NCBI RefSeq assembly: GCF_030144855.1
Contig: NC_082731.1
Coordinates: 21,514,001 to 21,578,000, forward strand
From: Hypanus sabinus
Lineage: Eukaryota
Reading direction: 5' to 3'
DNA: 64,000 bases
Below the pieces are notes generated by a model. The model was not told the DNA's origin and did not search any database. It saw nothing but the letters and a program-made list of their open reading frames with translations. Positions within the stretch are counted from its first letter, which is position 1, and each line of letters starts with the position of its first letter. Below, piece by piece: positions 38,400 through 51,783 of the stretch. The translations under genes and the position numbers were made by a program.

Positions 38400-38859
38400 G
38401 GTTGCAGAGGTTTGAAAGAGGTGAAAACAAGTCTGACCTTTCCCTCATGTGCAGGGAACACTGGTGGCCTTTGATTTAATCCTTGTAGCATCCTGCATAC
38501 ATATGTTTTACTATGGGAATCACTGGTGAAGATTTCCGGTTATATTGAAATATAAAAGCAGTGACGTGTTTAGCCTTTTCACTGTATTTGGACGAAAGAA
38601 GTTTATTTTCCAACAAACTGAGATCCTGCACAAACACAATATTTGTGCCCTGACCGTAAGACTTTCCAAAACAAGCTGCCCACCCGCTCAAATACTTCCG
38701 CAGCCAACTTGGAAAAGTTAACAGTAACCAATCTTAAAATGGTGCAAGTTCTACCAGCCTCCAACTGATTTTTTAAATTTTACACAGGTTAATAGTGCCG
38801 CGTGCACCTTTTCCTCATCAAATTAAACAAAACAATTGTTACTAAAATACATATTTCAT
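38400..38859 (-). pseudogene. TCR V relic
   Basis: Hydrophobic tract ILVTIVLFNLM ending at a GT donor (38807), 100-bp intron, acceptor at 38708. L-S-S-K-Y-S-E-K-A (single-base changes from LWYQY.GKA) sits 112 nt into the exon (V3: 113). K-A-T-S-V-P in FR3. Confidence 0.45.
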
Positions 38860-39623
38860 CTTCAATAAACTGAAATCTATTGATCGAAATTTCCTACGAA
38901 ATCATATGGACAGGTAGGAAAGGCAAAACAGATATCAGCAGACTACGCACTGGAACTGTACTGAAGTATTTCTTTTTTGTTAGTTATTTATTTATTTCTT
39001 CCGTTACTTGAATGGAGTACCGAATAGTTCCATCCCACGATTGATGACACCGGTTTGCATTGTCAGACTTCTTACCTGATGATTTATCGTTGCACGCAGT
39101 AAATTAAACCAACAGAGCTGTTCAGCCCTACGGATCCGCTAAACCTGTTAAGGAAGGTAGGGAATCGATTTCTTGTGAACCATTGCTGAGGCCGACGAAA
39201 ATGAAGACAACACAAAGGCGTCAGACAAGAAATTAGGCGGTTACTATGAGAAAGGTTCTATAGTTCCCAAATGAACACAGAGGACTATGCAAATTTCTCG
39301 CTCCAGACGAGATGGAATCTATGCTTAGAATTGTGACACGACTGTTTCCGTGTTATTTTAATCGTAACGAATGCATTCGCGCAAAAGTTGGAAGACAGCA
39401 TGTAAACACCCGCTGTATTGTTCTGTATTGCTATAAAGTCATCACTAAGGACAAACAGATTTTCGTCAATTCAACAATTGCCCAGGAATTCTACACAACC
39501 TGCTAAGCAGCTCAAGACGCTGCAGCATCTTGCCGTATACTCACACAATGCATTTCTACAGTGGTCATGCTTTCGCTCTCCATCGTCCTGCCAAATATGC
39601 CTCGGGACCGGTGCTATCTGGAG

Positions 39624-39640
39624 GCTGCCCTCTGGCGCCT
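39624..39640 (-). promoter_or_regulatory. Predicted CTCF-binding element next to the V3 RSS
   Basis: AGGCGCCAGAGGGCAGC on the minus strand matches the CTCF core consensus (CC)RCYAGRKGGCRS at all but the first position. It begins about 22 bp after the nonamer. Confidence 0.65.
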
Positions 39641-39661
39641 GAAGTTGTAAATTTTGCAACG

Positions 39662-39700
39662 GGTTTTTGCAGTGGTATTCTGTAGCTCGGCATTAATGTG
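39662..39700 (-). other. 23-bp-spacer RSS of V3
   Basis: CACATTA (39694-39700), 23-nt spacer, GCAAAAACC (39662-39670). Confidence 0.88.
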
Positions 39701-40142
39701 GGCGTCATTGCACATAAAAATACGGCGGAGTCAGAAAAAACAACATCGGAAATTCTGAGAGTAACTGCCGCACTTTGTTTTTCTATTGCAGCCGAAAACC
39801 GGTCTGGGCAATCGGAAGATTGCTCTCCACCTTTCCCTGTTGCGTATCTCTTCAATAAATATCTCAAAGATTGTCCATGATATTGCATGCACCAGAACAG
39901 CGTGTAGGCAGTCTTTTCAGCGTAACTGCAGTTCAACAGAACTGTCTGACCTTCCTGAACCGTGGATACAGCCGGATCTTGGATGATCAAATATTCAGCA
40001 CTAGCGCCTGGAAGAAAGCAAGAAACGCATGAATATTTCCCAAGGGAAAAAAAAGATCTCAGGAGGCGCACATACATTATAAACTGGACATACCGGGCAG
40101 GACAGGCATAATTATTATTGAACAAAATCAGAAAGTCCACAT
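39701..40142 (-). pseudogene. TRAV/TRDV: TCR alpha/delta-type V3: open V exon (39701-40007), leader (40094-40142) with in-frame stop
   Basis: Leader MWTF*FCSIIIMPVLP+G|GTATGT (TGA at 40128-40130), 86-bp intron. 307-nt open exon GASAEYLIIQDPAV...LLNCSY...LFWCMQ...DRFS...DSAVFLCAMT, with WY changed to WC and YxC to FLC. Confidence 0.85.
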
Positions 40143-41029
40143 GTCGTCTACTGTGTCGAGTACTGCAAGAAACTGTAGGATGTGCTGATTTTGCTGTTCT
40201 TACTGCTTAACGTAAACGCGCTCGAATTATAACTTTTATCAGATACTCATGATTGGTTCATACAAAGCGAAAGAGATGGTAAGAAAATTAAAACGAAGCG
40301 ATTGGCAGCTTTCACTGTACGTTGAACAGCCATTGGTCACACAAGATCAGTATTGTTTTATCTCTGCTTCATACCATAAGCCTATTCCACGTCATTAGTG
40401 TCAGTAATAGGAAAAAAAATGTCACGAAAGATACTTATCAGGTCAGTTGGGATCTGGTGAAAATGTAACGGTGTTATCGTGTTAGGTTTGACTCAATTCT
40501 CCTTTCCACGGATTTTGCCGAATCTCATGAATTTATATCGAAATGCTGGACATAATGTCTTTGCAGCACAAACATTTCGACATAGCATACGTGAAAATGC
40601 AGTATCGTTGACAAGAAACACACATGTAGTATTGTGAAGTCTATCTATACTTTGTCGCTGTTTATTTTCCGCAGAAATGTTCATTGTTCGGCGGAACCAG
40701 CAGCTGAATGAACATGGCCATTATCAACGTCACTATGTGCTGTTTCGTATGATGTTGGCAGCCAGCATTTTCAACCTCATTGTTCTTGCTCTTGTTATTT
40801 GTCAGAAAAATTAATTTTGTACTGTCTTCCTCTGGGCAGTGGCTTTACAAGACAGGTGATAATAGCCATTATCAGTCGTATTCCGTTATTTTCGCAATGG
40901 TGGGTGTCACTGCTCTCACGGCTTCTGATATGCATCAGATGCTCATACTTCAATTAAGCACCTGCTTGGATGGATTCATAGGAACCTGATAGGTCAGCTA
41001 GTTTAACGTTGGTAGTTGGGAAAATTCTT

Positions 41030-42205
41030 GAAACTATCATTGAAGAAGTAATAGAGAGGAATCCATCAGCCACATGTGGCAAGGTCTCAGCAAAGGCAGA
41101 TTCTGTTTGACAAACTTAAAGGGACTTTGAGGATTTAACGAACACAGTGGATAGCGGAGAACAGGTGGACGATATTTACTTGGATTTCCAGAATGCATTC
41201 GATAAGGGTCCACGGAAAAAAGGTTCAGTCATAAGATAAGGATGCATGGAGTTGAGGGTGATGTATTAGTACAGAAGGTGGATTCGTTAACTGATAGAAA
41301 GCAGAGAGTTGGGACAAATGGGTTATACTCTGGTTGGAAATTAGTAGCCACAGGTGTGCCGCAGGGATTGGTGCTTGGATCCACAAACGGTTAGGATATA
41401 CATGAACAATTTGGAAGAAAGGACTGAGTGACCTGAATCTAAGATTGTTGATGGCACTACATTGAGTGGAAAAAACAAATTGTGCAGCAGATACGGAGAG
41501 CATTCAGAGAATATAGATAGGCTAATTGCATGGGTACCCAGATCCCTGAAAGTTGCCTCACAGATAGATAGGCCTGTTAAAAAAAAAGCTTATGAGGTGT
41601 TATCTTTCATAAGCCGAAGGATAGAGGTTAAGAGACACGAGGTAATGCCGCAGTTCTATAAAACTCTAGTTAGGCCACACTTGGATTACTGCATCCAATT
41701 CTGGTCGCCGCACTTTAGGAAGGATGTGGAAGCATTGGAAAGGGTACAGAGGAGAGTTACAAGGATGCTGCCTGGTTTAGAGAGTCTGGATAATGATCAG
41801 AGATTAAGGGAGCTAGGGCTTTACACTTTGCAGAGATGGAGAATGAGGGGAGCCATGATAGAGGTGTACAAAATATTAAGAGGAATAGACAGAATGAACA
41901 GCCAACGCCTCTTCCCCAGTGCACCACTGCTCAGTACAAGAGGGCTTGGCTTTAAAGTAAGGGGAGCTTAGTTCAAGGGGGATATTAGAGGAAGGTGTTT
42001 CATTCAGAGAATGGTTGGTGCGTGGAATGCACTGCCTGAGTCCCTGGTTGATGCAGAAACACTACTGAAGGGTAAGAGACTACTAGACAGGTATATGGAG
42101 GAATTTAAGGTGAGGGGTTATATGGGAGACAGGATTTGAGGGTCGACACGACATTGTTGGCCGAAGGGCCTGTAAAGTGCTGTACTCTTGTATGTTTTAT
42201 GTTCT
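41030..42205 (+). mobile_element. CR1 ORF2 (RT and C-terminus) and 3' UTR
   Basis: DDIYLDFQNAFDK and the ORF 41462-41971 motif YKTLVRPHLDYCIQFWSPHFRKDVEALERVQRR. Confidence 0.88.
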
Positions 42206-42559
42206 AAGATTTATTTGGAGATCTTAGCACATTTGGTTTCAGAATTCGTTGCCAAATCAGCTGCTGGAGATGTTGACAGGCAGTTAAATGTGAATTCAGG
42301 CTGTTCTTGGTGACTGACCAAGTTCAAATGCAAATAGTGGGAGCACATCATAGGGACTGCACTGTTGCCATAAATAATCGTATCCCAGTTATTTTTTTCT
42401 GGCTGAAAAAATATCGTATTTATTTCATAATAAATGTATCCGAACATTGCACTTATTCAGGTTCATGGGTTGTGATCTTTAGCGATACGAGGATATGCTC
42501 TTCTGATTATTTCCTTGTGTACTTGTATATAAATTCTGGTGATGTTAGATAGTGTATTT

Positions 42560-45500
42560 TAGAACATAACACCACTAGAAATAGGAGCAGATAAATGCCA
42601 TTCGGCCCATTGAGCATGATGCACAATTTAATCATGAGCTAATCGAATTATTCCAGTCAATCCCACTCCCCTGCCTTCTCCCCAAACCATTCTATGTCCT
42701 GGGTAATCAAGATGGTATGCATTTCCTTAAAGGCATCTAGTGATGGATTCTACTGCCGCTACTGTAAACAAATTCCACACATTTCCAACCCTCTGACTAA
42801 TTTAATTTCCCACATCTCTGTTTTAAATGGACTTCCTTAAATCAGGAAGTCGTACCCTCTTGTCTTACACGTACCTACCATTGGAAATAACTTTGCCATA
42901 TCTAAACTACTCAGGCATTTTAACATTTGGGGTGATTCTATGAGATCCGCCCTCATTCACCTGAACTCCTGGGATGATAGCCGAAGAGCTGCCAGTCTTT
43001 CCTCAGACGGTAAACCTTGCATTCCTGGAATCAGTCTCATGAATCTTCTCTGAACCCTCTCCAATGACAGTATATCCTTTCTAAAATAAGGAGCCCAATA
43101 CAGCATACAATACTCCGCCCCCTCCTCAGTTATACACACCACATCGCTCTAAGGTTAATTTCAGCATACATACCGCTCATTAGGCGCTCCAGACCAGTTC
43201 TGCAGCAGGTGAAAACCTGGCCAGCAGGAACAATCGCTGCTCTTCAGGATTGCTTTGAGCACACCGACTGGCGCATGCTCAGGGAGGCTGCCATCGATTG
43301 TGACTCTACTAATTAGAGAAGTACCCGGCAACTGTGACTTAATACATTAGCAAGTGCATTGACGACATGACTGTGTCCAAGGTCATCACAGCACTTGTTA
43401 AAAAAGAAACCATGAAAGACCGCGTGAAAGACTTGCTGCGCTGCTGAGGACCCGTGACTCCGCCTTCAGAGCAGTCGACAAGACAGCCCTAACAACAGCA
43501 ATTGCCATACTGTCGCGGGCCATCAGAGAGGCAAAGCGTGCACACACCCATCCAATCCACAGCCACTTCCAGCAGAGCGGGTACACGTGGTGCCTTTGGA
43601 AGTGCATTCAGGACATCAACACCTACAGGACAAAATCACCTTACTGTGCGAGGTCAGCTCCCTCCTAGATGCGCTGAACAAGTTCTAAGCTCAAAATGAG
43701 GCGGAAAATGACTTGGCGGCGAGGAACTCCACCCGTCCTCCAGATGAGCAGGCGATGTGTCTCCCGGTGGCCGCTGTGAGAAGAATCCTGTGCAGTGTCA
43801 ACCCACAGAAGGTTGCTGTACCAGACAGTATTCCTGGTAGAGTGCATAGGGTATGTGCAGACCAGCTAGGAGATGTCCTCACTGACCTATACAACATCTC
43901 CCCGAGCAGCGTCATCGTTCCAACGTGCTAAAGGCCGCCACAACTTTCCCCGTGCCGAACAAGTTTTCAGTGTACTGCTTCAAAGACAAACATCTCGTTG
44001 CAATGACATCCATAATCATGAAGTGATTCGTGAGGTTCGTCATGAAGCACATCAAGACTCTGCTGCCTCCCTCTCTTGAGGCCCTGCAGTTCTTGTACCG
44101 TCCCAAACGTTCAACAGAAGATGTTATTGCCGTCACCCTCCACTTGGCCCTATCCCACCTGGGCAAAAAACATATATACGTTCGAATGCTGTTGATAGAC
44201 TTCAGTTCAACATTCAACGTACTGATCCCTTAGCAACTGAATGGAAGGCTGAGCCTACTATACCGGAACAACTCTCTCGGCAACTGGATACTGGACTTCC
44301 TCACTGGGAGACCATAATCAGTCCGGATTGGAGGCAGCAACCGCAACACAATCACACTGAGCACGGGGGCTCCCAGGGCTGTGTTCTCAGTCCACTGCTG
44401 TTCACTATTGGTAAACCACGACTGTGCTGCAACACAGATCTCGAACCACATTAAGAAGTTCACCGATGACAGGACCGGGGTGGATCTCATCAGCAAGAAT
44501 GAGGAGCCGGTATACAGAGGGGAGGTACAGCGTCTAACGGGGAGGTGCAGAACAAACAACCTGCCTCTGAATGTGAACAAAGCAAAATGTATGGTTGTTG
44601 ACTTCAGGAGGGCAATGAGCGACCGCTCTCCGCTGAACGTCGACGGCTCCTAGTTAGAAATCGTTAGAAGCATCAAATTTCTTGGGTTTCACCAGTCGGA
44701 GGATCTCACCTGGTCCCTCAGCACCATATCCATAGCAAAGAAAGCACAGCAGCGTCACTATTTTCTGCGAAGTCTGAGGAAAGTCCATCTCCCACCGCTC
44801 ATCCTTATCACATTCTACAGGGTTGTATTGAGAGCATCCTGAACAGCTGCATCACTGCCTGGTTCGGAAATTGCACCATCTCGGATCGTAAGATCCTTCA
44901 CTGGATAGTGAGGTCAGCCGTGAAGTTCATCGGGGTCTCTCTTCCCGCCATTACAGAAGTTTATACTACACGCTGCATCCTCAAAGCAAACAGCATTATG
45001 AAGGAACCCGCGCTCCCTTCGTACAAACCTTTCTCCCTCCTGCCCTCTGGGAAAAGGAACCGAAGCATTCGGGCTCTCACGACCAGATTTTGGAAGAGCT
45101 TCTTCCCCTAAGCCACCAGATTCCTCGATACCCAATTGCTGGTCTCACACCAGCCTACTGTTCTCTACTGTACGAATTAGTGTGTTAATTAATTATTGTA
45201 ATGTCTGGACTTTTTTGTGCACTTTGTGCAGTCCTGGGTAGGTCTGTAGACTAGTTTCTTTTTTTTTACTGCTGTGTTGTTTTTATGCAGTTCAGTGTAG
45301 TTTTCGTACTGTTTCATGCAGCACCATGGTCCTCAAAAAAGTGTCTCGTTTTTACTGTGTACTGTACCTGCAGTTATGGTCGAAAGGATAATGAAAAAGT
45401 GTCTTGAATTAACTTGTCTTGAAGTGTGATCTCTTTAGTGGCATATAGAGCCTCAGCATCACATTGTTGCACTTATATTCTATAACTTTAGAAATGAATC

Positions 45501-45860
45501 AGAACATTGCATTTGCCTTCTTCACCACAGACTCAATCGACACAAACTGCCAAGTCACTTAACATCTCTGGATTTTGAATTATCTCGCCATCACAATAAT
45601 AGTCTGCCCATTTTATTTCCTCCACCAAAGTGCATTACCATACATTTTCCAACATTGTATTTCATCTTCCACTAATTTGCCCATTCCAGTAAACTATCTA
45701 TTTATCTATGTAGATTCTTTGTTTCATCAACAGAACCTGTTCCTCCACCCGTCTTTGCATCATCGGCAAATTTCGGCACAAATTAATTTATCCCATTGTC
45801 CAATTCATTGACATACGTCGTAAAATGTAGCCGTCCCAACACCAACCCCTCTGGAGCTTA
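42560..45860 (-). mobile_element. CR1 3' portion (42560-43116 plus 45421-45860) interrupted by Rex1
   Basis: [24 protein letters not shown] motif. The CR1 sequence CAATACTCC|AAGTGTG rejoins across the insert. Confidence 0.8.
43117..45421 (+). mobile_element. Rex1/Babar-type LINE (RT), 5'-truncated and degenerate
   Basis: [25 protein letters not shown]...[14 protein letters not shown] and KFTDD motifs, with a (GACTTGA)-like tail at 45400-45421. Confidence 0.88.
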
Positions 45861-47061
45861 ACTGGTATTCGTCAGCCAGTAAGAATATGATCATTGTATT
45901 GCTACTATTTTGAAGGTAACCTGAAGTCTGTGATTATTCTAATTGAACCATAGAACCACAAAACATTACAACGCAGAAACAGACCCTCTTGGCTGTGCTG
46001 AACCAATTTTCTGGCTAGTCCCACTGATCTGCCTCTGCTTCATATCCCTCCATACATCTCTCATCCATGTACCTGTTCAGGTTCTTCTTAACTATTAAAT
46101 GTTAGCCCATATTTACCACTTCATCTGCCAGCTCATTCCACACTCCCACCACTCTCTGTGTGAAGAAGCCTCTCCGCCCTCCTAATGTTTGCTTTAAACT
46201 TGTCATCTCTCACCCTGAATCCATGTCCTCTGTTGTTATTGTTTTGTTTATCTCTCTCTCCTAGCCTCTAAGTAAAAAACAAAGCCTGCTTGAATTCACT
46301 CTGTCTATATCCATCATAATTCTATATACCTTTATCAAATCTCCTCTCATTCTTCTACGCTCCAGGGAATAAATTCCTAAACTATTCAATCTTTCTCTGT
46401 AACCTAGTTTCTCAATTCCAGGCAACAGCCTCGTAAACCTTTTCAGCCTGCTTTCACCTTTATTAATATATAGTAATGTAATTTGTAATTTTCAGCATTT
46501 ATAAATTACAAATAATTTCTTGACCAAAGCTGCACACAATACTCCAAATTCGGCATCATCAATGCCCTATAGCTCCTTTCCATAATATTCCAACGATAAT
46601 TCTTTAATTTATATAGGCCAATGTAACAAAAGATCTCTTTAAGACCCTATCAAGCTGTGAGGCCTTTTCATAGGGAATTCTTTCTTTCTTTCTTTTTCAA
46701 TCTTTTTTATTGAGTTTCATATAAATATTAAAAAACATAACATAATAATGAATAGGTTATGAATACAATAGACTTGAAATTACATTAATAATAGGATAAT
46801 AATATCATATTGAACATCACCAAAAAAGTACATTAATCAATCGAGTCTGTATAATTATATGAAAAAAAACAAAAATAATCGTCAAAAGAAAAAGAAAAAA
46901 AAATGAAAATTATATGAAAGAGAATATATATAGAAAACAAACACTAAACAAAACTAACATGGGCAATAATAACAGTTTATAAGTATATGATAGTGTCAAA
47001 GAACTCCGGAACTCCATACCTGAACAAGAATAAGCAGAGAGAAGTTCTGGGAAAGGCCAAA

Positions 47062-50000
47062 TTAATTCATATGAAAATGTCGAATGAACGGTCCCCAAGT
47101 TTCTTCAAATTTAATTGATGAGTCAAAAATAGTGCTTCTAATTTTTTCCAAACTCAGATAAGAAATAGTTTGAAAAAGCCACTGAGACGTGGTAGGAGGA
47201 TTTACTTCTTTCCAATTTTGTAATATAGACCTTCTGGCCATTAATGTTACAAAAACAATCATTCGTCTGATTGAAGGAGAAAACTGATTACCATCCTCAT
47301 TTGGTATACCAAAAATTGCAGTAATAAAATGAGGTTGTAAATCGATGTTCCAAATTGTGGAAATGGTAACGAATATATCCTTCCAATAGTTATGTAAAGT
47401 GGGACATGACCAAAACATATGGGTCAATGAAGCCACTTCTGAATGACATCTGTCACATTGACGGTTAATATGAGAATAAAATCGAGCAAGTTTATCTTTA
47501 GACATATAAGCTCTATGTACAATTTTAAATTGTATTAAAGCATGTTTAGCACATATAGAAGAAGAATTAACCATTTGTAGAATTTTTTTTCCATTTATCT
47601 GTTGATATATTGTATCGAAGTTCTTTTTCCCATTGTTGTTTAATTCTATCAGATATCTCTGGTTGTATCTTCATAATCATGTTATAAATAAAAGCTACTA
47701 ATCCCTTCTGACAAGGATTTAAGGTAAAAATCAAATCTGAGAAATCCGTTGAAGTTGAATTGGGAAAAGATGGTAAAACTTTATGTAAAACATTTCTGAT
47801 TTGTAACTATCTGAAAAAAATAGATTTAGGTAATTTAAATTTATTGGAAAGTTGGTCAAAAGACATCAAAGTACCTTCAAAAAAAGGTCACGAAAACATT
47901 TTATACCTTTCCTTTTCCATATGCTAAAGGCTTGATCCGTCAAGGAAGGTTTGAAGAAAAAAATAAATAAAATAGGGCTATCAAGAACAAAGCTTTTCAG
48001 AGTAAAAAAAATTACGAAATTGAAACCAAATTCGTAATGTGTGTTTGATAACAGGATTAGATATCTGTTTATTGAATTTAACTAAATCAGCAGGAAGTAA
48101 AGAACCAAGAACAGAGAATAGAGAATATCCCTTTACCTCATTGCATTCCAAATTTACCCACTGTGGAGTCCAAATCTAATTTCCAATACGTTAGGTTACG
48201 AATATTATTGGCCCAATAGTAAAATCTAAAGTTAGGTAAAGCTAAACCACCATCTTTTTTAGATTTTTGTAATTGCCTTTTACTTAATCTGGGTTTTTTA
48301 TTTTGCCACACAAATGAGGAAATGTTTGAATCAATGTTGTCAAAAAAGATTTAGGAATAAAAATTGGTAGGGCTTGAAATAAATATAAAAATTTCGGTAA
48401 AATCATCATTTTAATAGCATTAATCCGACCAACTAATGATAGGAATAAGGGAGACCATCTTGTAGTAAGGTGTTGAATTTGATGAAGCATAGGTAAAAAA
48501 TTCAGTCTAAATATATCTTTATATTTCTTGGTAATTTTTATACCTAAATAGATAAAATTATCAGTAACAACTTTAAATGGAATCCTGTCATTCAATAAAG
48601 TTTGCACGTTTAAAGGGAATAATTCACTCTTATCTAAGTTTAATTTATAACCAGAAAAACTACCAAATTGAGCCAACAAGGATAAAATAGCGGGAATAGA
48701 CCTATCAAGATCAGAAATATATAACAGGTAGTCATCAGCATAAAGTGATAACTTGTATAATTTCTCATTACGGGTAATACCAAAAATATTAGGAGATTCA
48801 CGAATAGCAATGGCTAAAGGTTCTAATGCAATATTAAATAATAAAGGACTTAAAGGACAACCTTGTCTCGTACCACGAGATATTTGAAAAAAGGAGGATC
48901 TCTAATTATTTGTAAGAACAGAAGCAACAGGTTTATAGCATATTAATTTAATCCATGATATAAAATTAGGACTAAAATTAAAATTTCTCAATGCATTAAA
49001 TAAGTATGTCCATTCAACTCTATCAAAGGCTTTTTCAGCATCTAATGAGATAACACATTCTGGGACTGTGGGTGATGAAGTATAAATTATATTAATCAAT
49101 TTTCGAACATTAAAAAAAAAGAATACCGATTCTTAATAAAACCAGTTTGATCTTCTGAAATAATCTGTGATAGTAACTTTTCTAATCTAGTGGCTAAAAT
49201 TTTTGTAAGAATCTTAGAATCTACATTTAATAATGATATATGGCGATAAGATGTACATAAAGTAGGACCTTTATCTTTTTTTAAGAATTAGAGAGATAGT
49301 AGCTTCATAAAAAGATTGAGGTAATCTCTTCTTAGCAAACGCATCGTTAAAGATTTCACATAACCAAGGGGAAAGCAAAGAAGAAAAAGTTTTGAAAAAT
49401 TCTACAATATAACCATCAGGGCCAGGAGCTTTCCCTGAAATCATTGATGAAATAGCCTCACCTATTTCGGCCATAGAGATAGGAGCATCAATCAAGCTAC
49501 GATCTTCACCTATCAGTTTAGGAATATTCAAATTGTTAAAAAAATATCCATCATGGACAGGTCACCATCAAATTCTGATTGATATAAAGATTTGTAAAAA
49601 TCTTGAAAAGTGTTATTGATTTCATTATGATCAGTGGTTAAATTACCGTCTTGTTTACGAATTTTAATAATTTGTCGCTTAGTCGAAATAGCTTTTAATT
49701 GATTAGCTAACAGTTTACCAGTTTGATCACTGTGAATATAGAATTGAGCCCTGGTCCTAATTAATTGATTTTCAATTGAAGAAGATAATAATAAGCTATA
49801 TTTCATTTGAAGCACAACTCTCTTCTTATAAAGTTCTATGGTAGGAGTCACGGAATAAATGTTATCAATTTCCTTAATTTTATCCACTAATAAAGCAATA
49901 TCTAAATATCTTTGTTTCCTTTTACCAGCGGAATACGAAATAATTTGTCCACGGATAAAAGCCTTGAAAGAGTCCCAAAGTATTCCTCTGTCAATTTCTT

Positions 50001-50833
50001 CAGTATAGTTTGTTGAGAAAAACAAATCAATTTGCTGTTTTATGTAGGTGACAAATTCTGGGTCTTGAAGCAGAGTAGCGTTAAGTCTCCAAGATCTAAC
50101 ATTATTGGAAAAGTCCGGAATCTTAACGGATAACTTCAAAGGTGCATGATCCGAAATAGTAATAGAATCATATTTACAATCAATAACATCCGTTAATAAC
50201 CAATGGTCAATAAGGAGATAATCAATTCTAGAATAACTATGATATAAATGTGAAAAAAATGAAAGTTATCTTTAGGGTTCAAAAACCGCCATATTTCTGT
50301 AATTCCCGAATCAACCATAAAAGAATTAATAAGTAAGGCTGATCTATTCGGAAGAGTTCGGATAGGTTTAGATCTATCCATCGAAGGATTCAAACAACAA
50401 TTAAAATCTCCACCCATTATCAACATATATTCATTTAGATTAGGAAGGGAAGTAAATAAACGTTTAAGAAAACTTAGGGCAGTCAAAGTTTGGTGCATAA
50501 ATATTAACTAGAACCACTTTTCGATTAAAAAGTGAACCAGTTATCAACAAAAATCTGCCCTGTGGATCAGAAATAATTTCATGATGTATAAACAAAATTG
50601 TGGGGTCTATAAAAATAGACACACCCCTAATTTTGGCGGTACAATTCGAGTGAAATTGTTGACCCTCCAGAACCTAAAAAAACGTTGATTATCCTCCCTC
50701 CTAATATGGGTCTCCTGTACAAAAATAATATTAGCGTTCAATCTATGGAATACTTTAAATATTTTTTACGATTAATCGGATGATTTCAACCATTAGTATT
50801 CCAAGGGATAAAGTTAATAGATTTATCCATCAT
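47062..50833 (-). pseudogene. L1 ORF2 (APE endonuclease, RT, CCHC), disrupted
   Basis: WNTNG and FVQETH endonuclease motifs, KAPGPDG, ISLDAEKAFDRVEW, YADD at 48731-48742, CDRCHSEVASLTHMFWSC. Several stops and 1-nt frameshifts. Confidence 0.9.
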
Positions 50834-51783
50834 GCCAATATTAGTTGTGTATATCATAATAGGTTAAAAAGACACATAACCCATAATTCAGGAAGAAGGA
50901 AAATAGATTCAGGAGCACCCGGAGAACATGACACCTCAACAATATTAATAATTTAAAGTCGGCCCATAAACTAAAAGCAAAAAAATAAAACGCAAAAGCG
51001 TGAAAAAAGATCCCCACCCCCTCCACCCACCCTTCGAAGGAAAGCCAAGCGGCTGGCGCGTAATCTAACACTAACCTTACCACCATTTCAAGATGGCAGC
51101 TCCATAAAAATATTAAAAAAACTACACAACACCCAGATTTAAATATAGGGTTGCAAAAAGTAAATATATATCAATCAGAATGAAAAAAACTTATATAATA
51201 AAACAAACAATCATTAATAAAAAAGTATAAACATTAAAATTTAAGAGTGTAATATACCTTTAAAAAATTTCCATATACAAATACAAGAAAGATGACGTTT
51301 CAAAAGCAAAGACTTATGGGAAGAAGAAACGACATTTTGAAAAAGCCATCTTACAAAATATAACTGTAAATTCAGCAATCTGTTAAAAAAGTTTAATAAA
51401 AAAAGTTATCAAAATAGGATTAAAAAAGATTTAATAGACACTACAATATATAAAAAAAGACTAAAAAATTCAAAGCATTCGTCCCATTTCTAAGTACAGG
51501 CAAACAAATAAATGTTTATAAAAAGTAAAGTCTTATGGGAAGAAGAAACGACATCTTGAAAAAAATAAATAATTATTACAAAATATAAATGTGTATATCT
51601 GAAAGAGAAAAAAGAATAAACAAAATATTATAAAAGTTAAGAAAGCATCTATAAAATAATGATGATAGTAAAAAATAAGAACCAGACCCGTAGATCAGGC
51701 TAAGAAATTATAACCCAACTTCGTAGGTTAATTAAAATGAGATGGCACCCTCTCTCCGAAGAATCTTCAACATGACACATAGT

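Noticed and set aside
38630-38670. YGQGTNIVFV on the minus strand, resembling a (NAR-type) J segment
   Set aside because: No RSS upstream and no GT donor after it. It falls inside FR1 of a V relic in another frame.
39565-40140. 191-aa ORF-track product as a single-exon protein
   Set aside because: It is read-through of intron, V exon and RSS; the real structure is a spliced leader plus V exon.
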